Source of the DNA: Gracilinanus agilis
Taxonomy: Eukaryota
Assembly (NCBI RefSeq): GCF_016433145.1
Contig: NC_058135.1
Coordinates: forward strand, 274,053,009 to 274,117,008
Direction: 5' to 3'
DNA: 64,000 nt
Both the position numbers and the translations under genes were made by a program. Positions 37,690-51,594 of this stretch are shown piece after piece (position 1 is the first letter of the stretch; each line of letters starts with the position of its first letter). The notes under the pieces were generated by a model. The model saw only the letters and a list, made by a program, of their open reading frames with translations, did no database searches and was not told the DNA's origin.

Positions 37690-39580
37690 TAATGGAGAAA
37701 ACCAGGGGAGTTAAACTAAAATATTATTTTTGGGCTCAGTGGGGTGTGAGGGAGACAGGAATGACAGAAGGCAGGACCAAAGTAGGGAGACTGGGTTTAA
37801 CTACTAAGAAGTGGCAGTTAGGCCTGTCACCCTGCACCACCTTCTTTCATGGTATTTTATTCCTAACATTTCCTGGAAGTATACAAGAGTTAAAGGAATT
37901 AAAATAATAGTCAATTGTACCTCTCAGTAGTGAGAATAGGCTCAGAAAAAATCAAATCCATAGCTTAAGAATCACAAAGCACATAATTTGCTCCCCAGCA
38001 TGAGAAAAGCAAACTTTCCCCCTCCCCAAATACTAGATGTCCTGCCAAGAAAATTACTGATATAAGAGTTTTGTGAGATAATACATTATTCTATACAAAA
38101 CTGGGTCATGCATCAGTATGTTGAATTGACATGTTACCTGTGTTTTAATATCCCATAGAAAATTCTGTTCAAAGCCACCTAGGTAATCTAAATCCATTGT
38201 CTCCATCTTTTAAATAATTACTAACCATTGTCTCTACAAAAGGCTTACTTAGTCCCTTGGTCTACAACATTTTCTCTATAAAGTATGTACCCCCAAATCA
38301 TTAAACTTTTCACCACCCAGCAAGAGAATGTCTGCATGTCTGATCTGTCAGTCTGGTGGTTCGACCCTCCTGTAATCCCAGAATCATTTTTTTATCCCAG
38401 TTCATTGATCCACAAGTAATTTGTTGAGCAGAACTCAACAGTTAATATGAGTAAAATGTCTAATCCATTTGAGCATACTTATGGTTGTTAAATAAGTTAT
38501 AAAAAGTTAATTAAAATGTTTTCAGATCCTTAGCATATCAGTCCACTGTAGTGGGATGTGAGAATGTTGAAGTTATAAGAAGTTAGAATTATTTTAATTT
38601 TTGAAATAAATTTTTAATTTTTAGAACATGTGAATTTAATTTAGAAAATTGTTTTGGGACTTAAATTGCTCTGCAAGCATTCTTAGCATTGTTTGGGGTT
38701 TTATAATAGGATATTTAATTAGAACTTCACTTAGTATTAGCTGGTATTTTTATTTATTTTTCCATAAATGGTGAGTGAACAGGTTTATAAACCTTCATAA
38801 ACCTATGATGTGGATTTTATTTTTGTTTTTATATTTCTATAATTTAGTTTGTATCTATTTATAATGTTGCTTTTTTATTAGATTACTTTGTTAAGGTAAG
38901 ACAAATCTTTTCTGATCAAGTATATAGCTTAGGTATATTTGTTATTGGCTTAAATATTTTTACTATAAATAATAAGACATTGTTAAAAACTAGCTAATGA
39001 GGTTACTTTGAATGTTGATCTAAGCACCAGTGTCAAGTAACATGTAGGGATTGATAACATGTAAAGCAGACCAAAATTAACAGGATATTCTGGTCCTAGA
39101 TATAATAGCAAGCAAATTGTAAGTGAGCCAATCAGTTCCTATTGGAGAAAGTGATTATATATTTTCATATTTTCTCTTCTAGCAATGATGCTATTCTGAG
39201 AACTTGTTTATTTGGTACCTACATCAGGACCCACCAAATTTGAAAGACTGAGAAACTTTGGGAAATGGGGTAGTCTTTCTTTGTAAATATCTTGCCAAAG
39301 GTAGAGTGTCTTCCTTTCTGACCAAACTGTCAATGCACCACTGCATCTGGGGAGTGCCCTAAGAATGTCATTTGTTCATACTTATGCCCCATTTTTTCTA
39401 TCCTTAGTAAAAGGGTCAAACTTTCTTGGGCATGCACGTTCTTTTTCCTTTTGTGTGATCAACAGTAATTGGCCTTGCCCACAACGGGAATGTGTCAACT
39501 GGGTTTTTGGGAACCCCAAATTTTCCCTTGTCCCCTGAGAACTTGCTCCAAGGGAAGTACCAGATTGACCCATTTCAGAC
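37690..39580. mobile_element. probable ERV/LTR-element relic, unassigned
   Basis: LTR-like composition, PPT-like tttggggaggggg on the minus strand near 38015, adjoins the LTR at 39581; no gag/pol/env motif recognised. Confidence 0.3.
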
Positions 39581-40075
39581 TGAACAATAGACCTTAAAGT
39601 ACTTAATGATCCCAGGTTAGGTAGTAGGACTAGTAGACATGAACAAATATTAAGTACCCTTCTTTTATTTGAAGTTTTCCCCAATGTATCAAAGTTTTCT
39701 CTCAGGTAGCCCAGCCCTTGGATGGACTCCTTCTTTAGTATCATTGTAAAGCATCAGTCTCTCCCTGATAATCCTGTCTTGCACTTCTAATTTCTTTGTA
39801 ACCATTGCAAAGCTAATCAATCATACTTCCCTATCCTTATTTCCTCAAAAGGTATATAATTCTGGGAGTTTTATTGTTCTCTGGAGAATCATCTGATTAT
39901 TCTCTCAGAGATACTATTCCCAGAGTCCCAGGACCCTTGACTCCATGTGGTTTTTAGGCACTTGACTCTGTGTGGTGGCCAAATATTAAGCACTATCACT
40001 TTCCTGATTGAAGACTGGGTTTTACTGACTACTTTAGTCATTCTGTGTTTTTTTTCCAAGTAGACACTATTCACA
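39581..40075 (+). mobile_element. ERV LTR (same family as 24681-25190)
   Basis: TGAACAATAG...TTCACA termini, TATA-like ggtatataatt near 39852, colinear with the reverse complement of 24681-25190. Confidence 0.7.
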
Positions 40076-40229
40076 TCTATATAAATAATTAATTATAATG
40101 AGCAGTAGAATTATAGGAGAAATGTCTTGTCTGAGTTCATGTGATATGTAACTGTTTTCAAATATACAGTTTCCACAATGCCAAAATTATGGAAATAAAA
40201 ACATAGGTTTTATTATTATGTTCAAGTAC

Positions 40230-42530
40230 AAGTTCATACCTCAGGGAAAATCTGAATAATCATGAAAATTTCATTAATGTTTCTCATAGGTAACATTACA
40301 TCAGAATAACTCATACATATGTAGTTGTACCTCAGAAATTTTTATTTGATTTCTCCAATTAATAGTTTTTATATGAATAAAATAATTGTATTTTCTTCAT
40401 CTGAGAAGTGCCTATACATATTTTATGACCTTTTATCACTTGGAATTGCCTTGTATTCTTATAAATTTGAATCCGTTTTCCATATACTTGAGAAATATGA
40501 CCCTCAGAGATATTTGTCATAAAATTTCCCCCAAATTTCTGTTTCCCTTTTTTTGAGGTGGAAATTGAGGGGACCTTGAAAATTCCAAAGTTCACTCTCT
40601 TTAACTACCATTAAACAATATGACCAGGGAAATCCATAATTTAAAATATAATGCTTTATTGAGAGAGAGAAATGTAGGGGAACTATCTCAAGTCATTGAC
40701 TTAAGACGACTGCCGCCAAAAATTTAGAGAGAGAGAAAGAGAGAGAGAGAGACAGAGAAAGAGAGAGAGAGAGAAATAGCCATGTTTTCCTCAGACTTAC
40801 CAAAGTCCAGCCTCACTTACTGACTTATAGACAAAATCTTCCTAAAAAAAGTTCCTCTAGGTTTACAGAGACACTCCCAACTTACTGGAAGATATAATAG
40901 AGTTAACATTTCAAGAGGTTGTACACATTCAAGCAAATTAACATATTCAAGAAATTGGAGAATAACTTTACAGTAGGATGTGATGATCAGTCAAGCCACT
41001 GAACTTGACTTCCTGGAAGAAACTTCAATAGCTACAATACAATACAAAGCATTGGTACTTCAGGGTATAAGAACAGTCCAGTCTGGGACTCTTGCCTCAG
41101 ACAAATTCCCAAACTCACTTAAAGCTTTAAAGTCTTCGTAAGGATGGGAATGGGGACCAGCTTTTACTAAATTTGGCAATATTGATAATTATTAATAACG
41201 AGAATTAAACACTAATTTCTCATTCCACACATATTCTTTTACTAAAACTTTTTAAATGTACTGTATTCAAAGTTACCTATTTTGTATCTTATGGTATTTG
41301 CTATGTTTTATTTGGTCTTAAATCCTTCCCTTTTGACAGGTTTGATAGGTATACTATTTTATGATCCCCTAATTTGTTCATTTTATTCCCCTTTATTTCT
41401 AAAGGATCCATCCACATTGACTTTATCTTTATATATATATATGTGTATATATATATATATATATAGTGTGAATTGTTGGTCTGTGCCTAATTTCTACTAT
41501 TTTGTTTTCTAGTTTTCCCCAGCAGTTTTTGTGAAATAATGGATTTTTCTTTCAGAAGTTTGTATCTTTGAGTTGTAGTGTATTTTTACATTAAATTTTT
41601 ATGTAATTAACTATTGTGTGTTAAGTATCTAATATATTCCATTGATCCACTCTTTCTCAGAGAATACTTGATTGTTCTGATGCACTTTATAATGCAGTCT
41701 GAGATCAGGCACAAAACTAGGCCAACTTCCTACATTTTTTCCCTTAATTCCCCTGATATTTTTACCCCTTGGCCCTTCCAGATAAATTTTGTTATTATTA
41801 TTTCATCACTCCAAGAAATAATTTATGAGTAGTTTGATTACTATGTCACTGAATAGGTAAGTTAATTTAGGTGAAATTGTTATTTTATTATATTGGTTTG
41901 ACCTACACATGAACAATTAATGTTTTCCCCCCAATTATTTACATTTGATTTTATTTCTATGAATTCATTTATAGTTGTGTTCACATAGTTCCTGAGTTCA
42001 TCTTGGCAGGAAAATTCCAAGTATTTTGTATTATATAAATTTTGAATTATATCGATCTATCTCTTGCTGTTGGACTTATTTGTTAGTATGAAGAAATGCT
42101 GATGATAAATCAGTGGGTTTATTTTATATTCTGCAACTCTGCTAAAATTGTCAATTGGTTCAATTAGTTCTTTGGTTGATCTTTAGCATTCTTTAAGTCT
42201 ACCATCATGCAATTTGCAAAGAGTGTTAGCTTTATTTCCTCATAATTGTATTCTAATTACTTCAATTTCTTCTTTTCCTCTTATTGCTATAGCTATTATT
42301 TCTAGAATAATATTTAACAGTAGTAGTGAAAATGGCTATCCTTGTTTCATTCCTGATGTTATTGAGAAGGCTTCTAGCTTGTCCCCATTGCAGATAATGC
42401 TTGTTGATGGTTTTAGTTAGGTGTTATTTATCATTTTATGAAAAGTTCTATTCATTCAAATGTTCTCTAATGTTTTAATGGGATTGTCAAAAGTTTTTCT
42501 TGCATCCTCTGAGATAACCATATGGTTTCT
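40230..42530 (-). mobile_element. L1 ORF2 fragment interrupted by an LTR
   Basis: gcagtctgagatcaggcac...tctaccatcatgcaatttgcaaagag...ccttgtttcattcctgat..., antisense L1 ORF2 signature. Confidence 0.75.
40559..41227 (-). mobile_element. solo LTR nested in L1
   Basis: TGGAA...TTCCA inverted termini, gctttattg (minus-strand AATAAA), internal (GA)n; TSD not resolved. Confidence 0.55.
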
Positions 42531-42849
42531 ATGTGACTTAGCCTTTTTTACTTTCTTTATTATTATTGGTGTTTGTGTTTGCATTTTACAACCTGGCTAA
42601 TATGGAAAGGTTTTGCATGATTTTATATGTGTCAAGGATGGGGGAAGGAAGAGAGTAAGAGAAAGAGAATCCAAAACATTAAATTTTAAGAAAGCAACAA
42701 CAAACAAAGGTTAATTTTGTTGCTTATGTATAATTAAAACTTTTTAAATAGCCAACATAGATTTTACATCAATTTTCTCACCACTGCAATGATGCTGTGT
42801 GAAGCTGTCTTCACACAGGACTCCCTATCCTTGGAAAAACTCAATGGGA

Positions 42850-43060
42850 TTAGTCTTTATGGAAACTTTCATTCCATGGCCTTGAAGGCAAAGGTTGTAA
42901 ACCCCAAAGGCAGGGAAAAGAACCAACTAGACAGACATATTGTTACACAAACAAATCACCTAAATCCCACTTCGGTTTCCAAGGCAAAGCCCTTCAAAAA
43001 CCATTGGTAATTAAGTCTTCTGAGAATGAAGTCTGAGGCATGGGAATAGGTCAGTAACCT
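42850..43060 (+). promoter_or_regulatory. candidate OR promoter block for gene 47264-48193
   Basis: ggTAATTAagtcttctgagaatgaagtctgaggcatgggaataggtcagtaacc aligns with the reverse complement of 58350-58403; similarity extends ~150 bp upstream; same strand as the gene. Confidence 0.65.
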
Positions 43061-43669
43061 TTGTTAGGATCCTATTTAAATATTTTGGAAACAAAGAAGA
43101 AATCATTATGGCAGTTTTTCTGTGTGGGTTGTTTAAGTGGTGGAATGGTCTGAAACACTATTTGGACTCATTTCTGCTCTAGGTTTTATATGCTTTTCTG
43201 TGTTCACAGGAGAATATCACTGTGACTCCTGGAATTCACTGTTTTCCTGATGCCAGATTGAATCCATGACTTTCTGAGAACAGAATTTTTGTTCCTCTGC
43301 TGTTGGGGGAAGTTTAACACCTGTATTATTTTGATCGAAACTATTGCTTTTCTTATTATTCTGAACTGTTGACTCAAAGTGGGTTAAACCTATTATCTTA
43401 GAAGATACTTATTGTGGAAGGCTTCATTGCAAACATCAATAATTGAATATACTTTTATTAACTAGAGTTATTTAGTGACTTATCTGCACTCTTGAATATA
43501 CTGCAAACTATCTTCATCCAAATTAACAACAAATGTAAGTTTTTCACCTTATCATATTTTAAATTTAGTTCATAATACACTGTTACTTGTCCATTATATT
43601 TTATGAGATATAATTTTGTTAGTTGCCTAACCTTTTTTTTTGTAAAAGATTTTACCATATTACATGAGA

Positions 43670-43890
43670 AAATTGAGGCAACGTGGTGAAGGACATAAAG
43701 GGCCAGATCTGGATTCATAAAAACTTATGTTCAAGGTCTGCCTTTGTCATATGACCTATGAAAATGGACAAATCGCCTAATCCCAGTCAGATCTTTAGCA
43801 CTCTAAATTTCATATATGTAAATTTGCATTGGTGAAGGGATTTCTTTCTTTAAGAAATACTAAATGAATGAAATCATAGGTCAACACTAA
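43670..43890 (+). mobile_element. MIR
   Basis: gtggtgaaggacataaagggcc...gttcaaggtctgcctttgtcatatgacc...aaatgaatgaaatcatagg. Confidence 0.55.
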
Positions 43891-44851
43891 CAACAATAAA
43901 TTTCACAGAAATGTATTTATCTCTGTTTTATTCAAATGCAATCAACCAGTCTGGGGTTATGGGTTCTGAGCTTCAAAAACATCATGTAGACATCACTATA
44001 TTGAGATAGAAACAAAGGAAGCTCCAACAAAACAGAGGTTTCCAATGAAGCAACTTCCCTGAGAGTTAAATATTTTGGATTTTTTAATCCAGTTCTCTTT
44101 TTCTAAGGCTAATAGAAGGTTGATTTTAATAGCTAGTAAGTAAAAGATATTAGGAAGAAAATAAAGAAAACCTTTATCTGAACTTTGTTCCTTGAAAGTC
44201 ATTTAAAACTTAATATATTCATATTTATTCCCATTTTAGCTGCACTATAAATCACAGTGGCAAGAATATTTATACCTTTTAAACATGTCCAAAGATTTCA
44301 AGAAAAAAAGGATTAAAAAGTGGTTATAACAGTAAAAATATTGGAATGGATGCATATGTAATGGATCCATAAAATGGATGTATTGATTTCAGACACCTAA
44401 CTGGCACAGTGTATAGAGCATAGAGTCTAAAGTCAAGGGGAACAAATGGAGCTTGATTCTACCTTTACAGACTATGTGCCACGGGATGTTATTTAACCCT
44501 CTATTCCCCAGTTTCCTTATCTGAAAAATGGGTATAAGGAATATTCCCTAGATCCCAGGTTTGCTGTGTTTGCCAAATGACTTAACATTTATAAAATGCA
44601 TTGCTAACCTGAAAGCATTATGTAAAATTTAGCTATTATTGCTATAGTTCTGAGTTCTTTTGTGTAGTTCCTTGAGCATAATTGAATTATATGCAGTGTT
44701 GCATTTTCCTAGATAATAGAAACAAGAGTTATTCTTTTGGACTATAGTTTTAAAGTAGAAATACAAATAAAGATAAGTAAATCCCAAAAAAAGATTCTTA
44801 TATAAATAAATACAATGTGCTGTCAGTATATCATCAAGAATAATGGCTTTT

Positions 44852-45060
44852 GGGGCAGCTGGGTGGCTCAGTGGATTGAGAGCCAGGCCCAGAGATGGGG
44901 TGTCCTGGGTTCAAATTTGGCCTTGGATGCTTCCCAGCTGTGTGACCCTGGGCAAGTTACTTAAGCTCCATTGCCCAGCCCTCACTGCTCTTCTACCTTG
45001 GAACCAATATTCAGTATTAATTCTAAGGTGGAAGATAAGGATTTAAAAAAAAAAGGAAAA
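44852..45060 (+). mobile_element. opossum-type CORE SINE (intermediate age)
   Basis: Full head with A and B boxes, core, A-tail; TSD aagaataatgg(a)cttt 44836-44850 / 45061-45076. Confidence 0.9.
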
Positions 45061-47263
45061 AAGAATAATGGACTTTTCTTTTTGAACATGACTTCATGGT
45101 CTCTTTTCCTGTTTTTAACATGAACCAGAGCACAAAAGACTAAGAGAAAGAGGTGATTCCTCCATGCATGCCACCCTGGTCAGGTCATAATTAAATTTTC
45201 CTTTTCTCATTTTCAGAGTTGAGAAAGCATAATGAAAATATGGAGGTTGTATAGAGGAAGGTATTCAAAATAGAAAAAAGGACTAGAGACAATTTCTTGT
45301 GAAAGTGGATTACATTGCATTTTAATCTTTAAAAGTACCTAATATAAACAAGGTGATGTACTAAGATGTAAAACAGAAAAGTCTAAAATGAAACTATTTC
45401 TACTCTAAAACTCACATTTTATTGGATTAATATAACTTATTATATTATATATTTTATAATGCACATATCACACAAGAATATTTGAGGAAGAAAAATAACA
45501 AATGAAGGTTTGAAGGTGAGCATCACAACAGAGTCAATGTTTGAGTTTAGTCTTGAAGAAAGACAAGGCTTCTTAATGGAAATGAAGATGGAGGGCACTG
45601 CTATCAAAACTAATAGTTTTAGTTCATGGAAGTAGGCATTTTCTAGAAAGTGTTAATAGTTTAATTGGACAGGAACAAAGAGTTCATAAAATGAAGCACT
45701 GAAATTGTCAGTAAAGGTAGTTATTTGCCAAACTGCCGAGATCATTTATCTAAGTAAAGGAGGGAAGAAAGAGGCAAGGTAAATGAAGAACGAAGGAAAG
45801 ACAAAGAAGAAAAGAAAACACAGGAGAAGAAAACCAGCTACAGTATCAAGACTGCTTGGGAGGAGTAGGAGGAAAATGCCTTTACAGAACACATCATTCT
45901 TGAAATTTCAGTCCTAGGTTTTCTAACATGCTAAATATGTCTTCAGAAATGGACAAACAGGCTATAAAAATAAAATGTTTTGGAAAGGATATAAGTACTA
46001 TTGTATGAATGAGGGATAAATGAAGCTCATTCTAACTGGGCTTAGATTATGTAATTAGAATCAATGAGTGTAAATTATGTGCAGGTACATTTTCTTTCAC
46101 AATGAGAAGGTAATAGTGAAAAATTCTGACAAATTACAAAAATAATGTGATATTTTAGGGCCTGCTATTTTGCCAATTTGAGAGTGGATGATTCCTTGAG
46201 CTAGAAGACTTCAGATGTCTGTCAACAAGTTCAAGATGTTTAGGTGAGAAAAATGATGCAGTATTTATGTTAACATTTCATTGTTCTATGTGTCCAGAAG
46301 TGGGAGCAAAGATAATAAATATTAATATGTTGCCTATTATATGTCAGATACTTTACCAGGTACATTTTATCCAATATTTCTTTTGATCTCACAAAAATCC
46401 TTCAGGGTAGGTAATATTATCTTCCTCATTTTTAAGATGAGGGAACTAAATCAAACTGAATTAAAAAATTAAGTCAAACAGCAAGTTTAAATGTTTGAAT
46501 CTGTATTTGCCTCAGGTCTTCCTTACTCCATGTCTAGTATTATATCTATTGCACTACCAACTGCTGTGTACAGTCAGATAAAAATTTCAATTAAAATCAG
46601 GAAAAATTATGGATTTGCATAGGTTAGAACTTCTTTCCCTTAAAGACCAGTGACTGCAGCGCATGTCAGCAATCCATGTTACATTCCAAAAGTATTCTAC
46701 TGTTAAGCTTAGGGAACACATTGTCTTATGAAATACTATAGCAGAAACATGCAATTTTTATACACTTCTAAAAGATCATCTGGTACCAATTTGGATTGTT
46801 AGACCACATTCTTCAACCCCCCAGGTGAAATCAGTAGAGATATCATTATCATCCCTATAGTCTTTTACATGACAGAAGGGGGAAAAGATCTATAAGTAAT
46901 TTCTTTTTTGAAAATTTGCTAACCCATAGATCAAATTCCATTCACTCAGAAAAAAAATTGGACAATATTTCTCTTCATTTAAAATGGCCTTCACTTTGAA
47001 AATGAAAGCGATTTCCCTGTAGGGCTCCCTGTTTTAGAATAGGATGACTATTATCTTTAGGAAGAAAGACTGGAATAGGTATTTAGAAGGTGTAAAGTCA
47101 CAATCACTTGAAAAAGTTTTTAAAAAAAGGATAGTAAATGATCATTTATTCTCAATGACATGCTTATACTTGTATATTTGATTATTTAATCACTGTATAT
47201 TTATTCAATTTTCTTTGTAGATAATGTGCATCTCTTGATACGTTTTTCCTTCACGTTACATAG

Positions 47264-48193
47264 ATGGAGAAAGGGAGGAATGTGACAGAATTCATCCTAT
47301 TGGGACTTACACAGAATATGAAGATGCAGAAAATAATATTTGCATTGTTTCTGGTCTTATACATGATAACATTGGCAGGCAATGTTCTCATTATTGTGAC
47401 CATCACCAACAGTCAAGCTCTAAGCTCCCCCATGTATTTTTTCTTGGCTCACTTGTCTTTCATAGATACAATCTATTCCTCTTCCTCAGCACCTAAACTG
47501 ATCATGGACTCTCTACAAGAAAAGAAAACAATCTCCTTTAATTGGTGTATGACCCAAGTCTATGCAGAGCACATCTTTGGTGCTACTGAGATCATCTTAC
47601 TTACAGTGATGGCCTATGATAGATATGTTGCCATCTGTAAACCACTCCACTATACCACAATTATGAATAGTAAGTTGTGTGGCATCCTTGTGGGGGTAGC
47701 TTGGACAGGGGGCTTTCTCCATGCAACAATCCAGATTCTTTTTACAATCTGGTTGCCTTTCTGTGGACCCAACATCATAGATCACTTCATGTGTGATTTG
47801 TACCCTTTGCTTAATCTTGTCTGCATGGACACCCACACCCTTGGTCTATTTGTGGCAGCTAACAGTGGCTTCATCTGTCTGTTCAACTTCCTCTTATTGA
47901 TGATCTCCTATGTTGTCATTCTACGCTCCCTGAAGAATCATAGTCTAGAGGGGAGACGCAAAGCCCTCTCCACCTGTGTCTCTCATATCACTGTGGTAAT
48001 CTTGTTTTTTTTGCCTTGCATATTTGTGTACCTGAGGCCTGTGACTACCCTTCCTGTAGATAAAGCTGTGGCTGTCTTTTATACTATGGTAGCCCCTATG
48101 TTAAACCCTTTAATCTACACACTAAGGAACACAGAGGTGAAAAATGCCATGAGGAAACTCTGGAAAAGGAAAGTTAATTTAGGTGATAAGTAA
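47264..48193 (+). CDS. OR4C12: olfactory receptor OR4C12-like (intact 309 aa)
   Basis: Intact ORF; [25 protein letters not shown] and [13 protein letters not shown] match the recalled human OR4C12 closely; orthology not tested. Confidence 0.9.
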   Translation: MEKGRNVTEFILLGLTQNMKMQKIIFALFLVLYMITLAGNVLIIVTITNSQALSSPMYFFLAHLSFIDTIYSSSSAPKLIMDSLQEKKTISFNWCMTQVYAEHIFGATEIILLTVMAYDRYVAICKPLHYTTIMNSKLCGILVGVAWTGGFLHATIQILFTIWLPFCGPNIIDHFMCDLYPLLNLVCMDTHTLGLFVAANSGFICLFNFLLLMISYVVILRSLKNHSLEGRRKALSTCVSHITVVILFFLPCIFVYLRPVTTLPVDKAVAVFYTMVAPMLNPLIYTLRNTEVKNAMRKLWKRKVNLGDK

Positions 48194-49559
48194 ATACATC
48201 ACCAAGACAATATCCTTATTAATATTAATATACATAAACTGAAAGCAAAGTATTGAATAGGTCTGTAACAAGTGATCATTGTCCTAGAAAAATGAGATTT
48301 AAAGAACATTTTCAGGACTTAATATTTTAACAAGGTATAGATAACTGAGTTTAGCAACTATTTAGTTAGGAAAATGGTGATTGAGATATAACAGCTTTTA
48401 TCTCTCAATTTCCCCAAATTCCTAGGTTGAGTTTTTCCCCAACCCATCTAGATCTCTCTCGATCCCTACTCACTTATCTAGCAGACTCCCTTTCAGAAGC
48501 CCCAACACGGCCACAGTTCTCTTCTGACCAAAGGTCACTTCCTTCTGGATCTTTCTCCATGCATGGACATTGATTATACAATACATTTGGAGAAAAATCC
48601 ATTGCATTTTAACAAGTTGATTTGAAGACATTGGTGGCTGCTTTCCCCAGATAGAAATTTTTGAAACTTAATGCAGTTACCAAAATTGATCATTTCATGT
48701 CTTGTTTATGAATTTTTTAATTACTTATTTATTCTGTCAAACTCATGGGGGAGGGACAATATAATATTTTAAAGAATAAAAGGAATTAATTGTATCTACT
48801 TTACCACATTTATCTCTTTAGTGTAGTTGGTAAGCATTAGCTTATTTACAAAGGCTACTTGATTTTTTTCTCATTTTATCAATATAGCAGACTATTATAT
48901 AAATCTAAAGTTGAATTACCTACCTCATCTCACTTCATACAGAGCTAGAGAGAAAGAACAAATATCTTTTCTCTAACTTCATAGGATGAAGAAATATTAA
49001 GTTAGCCATATGTTATAATCTTAGAATTAATCAGTTAAAATTCTTCATTTTACCAGTCAAGTGCAGATACTTGTCAGAGTCACATAGTTAATGATTATTC
49101 TTCCTGACTGGAGATCCAGTCCCCACTCTTTACATATACCTATCTTTAAATGATTTACTGAAGGTTGCAACAAGCCTTTTGTGAAAATAGTTCTTTACTT
49201 TTGATGATAGAATTATGCTTATCACAAATTCTTATAAATATAAAATACTGTGAGTCTTTTATCAGAATATAGTATAGACTGTAGTAGAAAGCATGTTGAA
49301 TAAATTGATACAAGTGCAAATAATACTGGTATTTGGAGTTTCAGAGCAATCTTAGATCCACTTTTTAATGACTTTGCATGTAAATGAAGTCACAAGGAGT
49401 GATTATTCAGATAATTCTCTGAAATTCATCACTTTCGATACCATAGAGTCACTGAATTGAAATTGAAGATTTTCGATTTCAGTGAATTGAATATTTTGCT
49501 GAGACCTCAGAGACCAGAGACCAACAATTCTAACCAATATCAAATCCATAAAAATTCCT

Positions 49560-49870
49560 TCAAAACACTCGCCCCAGTAAATGATCAGTCAGTTTTTCCC
49601 AGGTTAGGATAAGCCTATTATATAGCAAGGCAGCCCAGTCTCTTAGTCTCTTTCTGATAACTCCATTTGGTAGTTAGGTTTTCCTTCCATTGAGCTAAAA
49701 TCTGCAAATTTTACCCATTTTCCCATGTGACCAAATTGATTTAATTTTCTAAAAGCACATATTTAGGAAAGTAATTGCTTTAGACAATTGTCACTTAAAA
49801 CTATTCATGTCTTCTTTGCTCAAGGTCACAAATTTTCAGTTTTTTCAACCCTTGTTGGTATGGCTTGCCA
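49560..49870 (-). mobile_element. L3/CR1 relic
   Basis: gcaaggcagccc...tagttaggttttccttccattgagctaaaatctgc...attcatgtcttctttgctcaagg. Confidence 0.5.
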
Positions 49871-51594
49871 TCTTGAGAAAATGTGCATAATATTAACCAA
49901 ACATGAAAAAGATGATTGTAGTTTCAATATACATAGAAGTAAAGTAAACGTACTTACCTACATTTAGTGAGCAGTTTTATTTTCCTCTCTACCCCATCCA
50001 AATAACTGCATTCTATTATTTAAGTAAAGGTTTTATTCTTCAAAGAAGAGAACTTAAAATGTTTTGTAGAACCCTTACCTCCAGTTTTCAATTAGAAATA
50101 TATGTAATATAAAAAGTGATGACACTAAATAACTTAAAGTTAAAAGCAAATGAGAAGAAAAATATTGGAAGAATATAATAAATTAACAATAAATCTGACT
50201 TGTAGCAAGATGCTATAGGGGAGAAGAATTTAACAGAGAATCAAGGAAATGAAAATCAATTACCACATGTAACTAAAAGATCCATACATTGTTCCCATAA
50301 AAACATAAATCTGGATCATCCAAAGAGCAATTAGATGCTCTCTGAGGAATAAAGATGAAGATACATAAGTGCCATTATGCCAGGAGTCACTCAGAGAAAT
50401 AGGGTCTTTATCAGGGTCCCATCAAGATCAATACAGATGGCAAAGCCCTGTGCTGATTCTTATGGCCTGAAAATCAGGCCATAGGATGGATGGTTCACTC
50501 AATCTGACCCCTCTCTGTGAATCCCCTCTGATCAACATGTTTTATTATTGAAACTATTATAATCTAGATTTTTAGTATAGCTTCAAGTCCTATAGAAAGT
50601 CCCTAAGTACCCTATAGTAAACCAGCATTTAATGAGTTAATGACCATTTCCCTCAGCCTAGAATAGCAGAAAATAGCAGAAGATGCTTGTATCTTTTTCT
50701 CCCTGCTTCAGACGTTCCAAGGACACTGCATGGCAGGTCCAAGCAAATTCCATTTTCACTTTAGTACCTTCCCACACTGAGTTATACCCCACAATCTTTA
50801 ACATACTTTTTGAAATATGGGAAGCTTTTACTAAAATAAAACAGATAAAGTAAGGCTTGTCCTTTAACCTTGAACACTGTCTCTTCTGGGTATAATCTAC
50901 ATGAGAAAAAAATTGTGTGCTATATGCCAACTGTGTTGTAATTCTTATAACCTTGAGTTTCTATGCAGCTGAAATTTCAAATGTACTTTGTAGAAAAAAC
51001 TGCTCTTGGAGAAAATGTATAAAATAAAGCACAAGCTCAGGGGCTGGTGGAACAGTCATGAGATAACGTGTTAAACTGATGGTTCCCAGTTTTTGCTTCA
51101 TTCTTTCTCACCTAAACTGTACACCTTTTCAGACCCCTAGAGTTGCTGGCTAGCTTCCAGCACCATTAGGTGAGAAACAATCTTACATGTGTCAGAAGAA
51201 AAAGAATTAAGAAATAATAACAAACATTTACCCCTTAAATATGACTAGATCAACTATTTTTTAACCTTCTGATGACAACAAAAGAAAATTTTGATGTTGA
51301 TGAGTGGTATATATGCAGACTATGAAAGAGAGCTTCCAAGGATAGGTCAAAGTTGATGACAGGTTCCCACTTTGGGTGATTAACATGAACATAGTATCAT
51401 CAGAAAAATCTAGAAAGAATTGCTAAGGATTACAAAATTTAGGTAAAATAACAGACTTCAGGGCAAAAGTATTTTCATTATGGTTACTAAACAAAAGTAA
51501 AGGGTTGAAAAGGAAGACATATGTCCAAAGTGATTAAGTGGCTAAGGAATCATATATGAATGTATAAGAAAGAGGAATATCTACATGCCAGTAA

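Noticed and set aside
39382-39744. 120-aa ORF as a possible retroviral gene
   Set aside because: It runs across the LTR boundary at 39581; no gag/pol/env motif recognised in any frame.
45150-45200. Faint resemblance to the U2 snRNA 3' end (ctccatgcat...cctggt)
   Set aside because: Match too short and gapped to support.
49449-49486. Imperfect hairpin tcactgaa...ttcagtga as a miRNA candidate
   Set aside because: Stem only ~14 bp and AT-rich, too short for a pre-miRNA.
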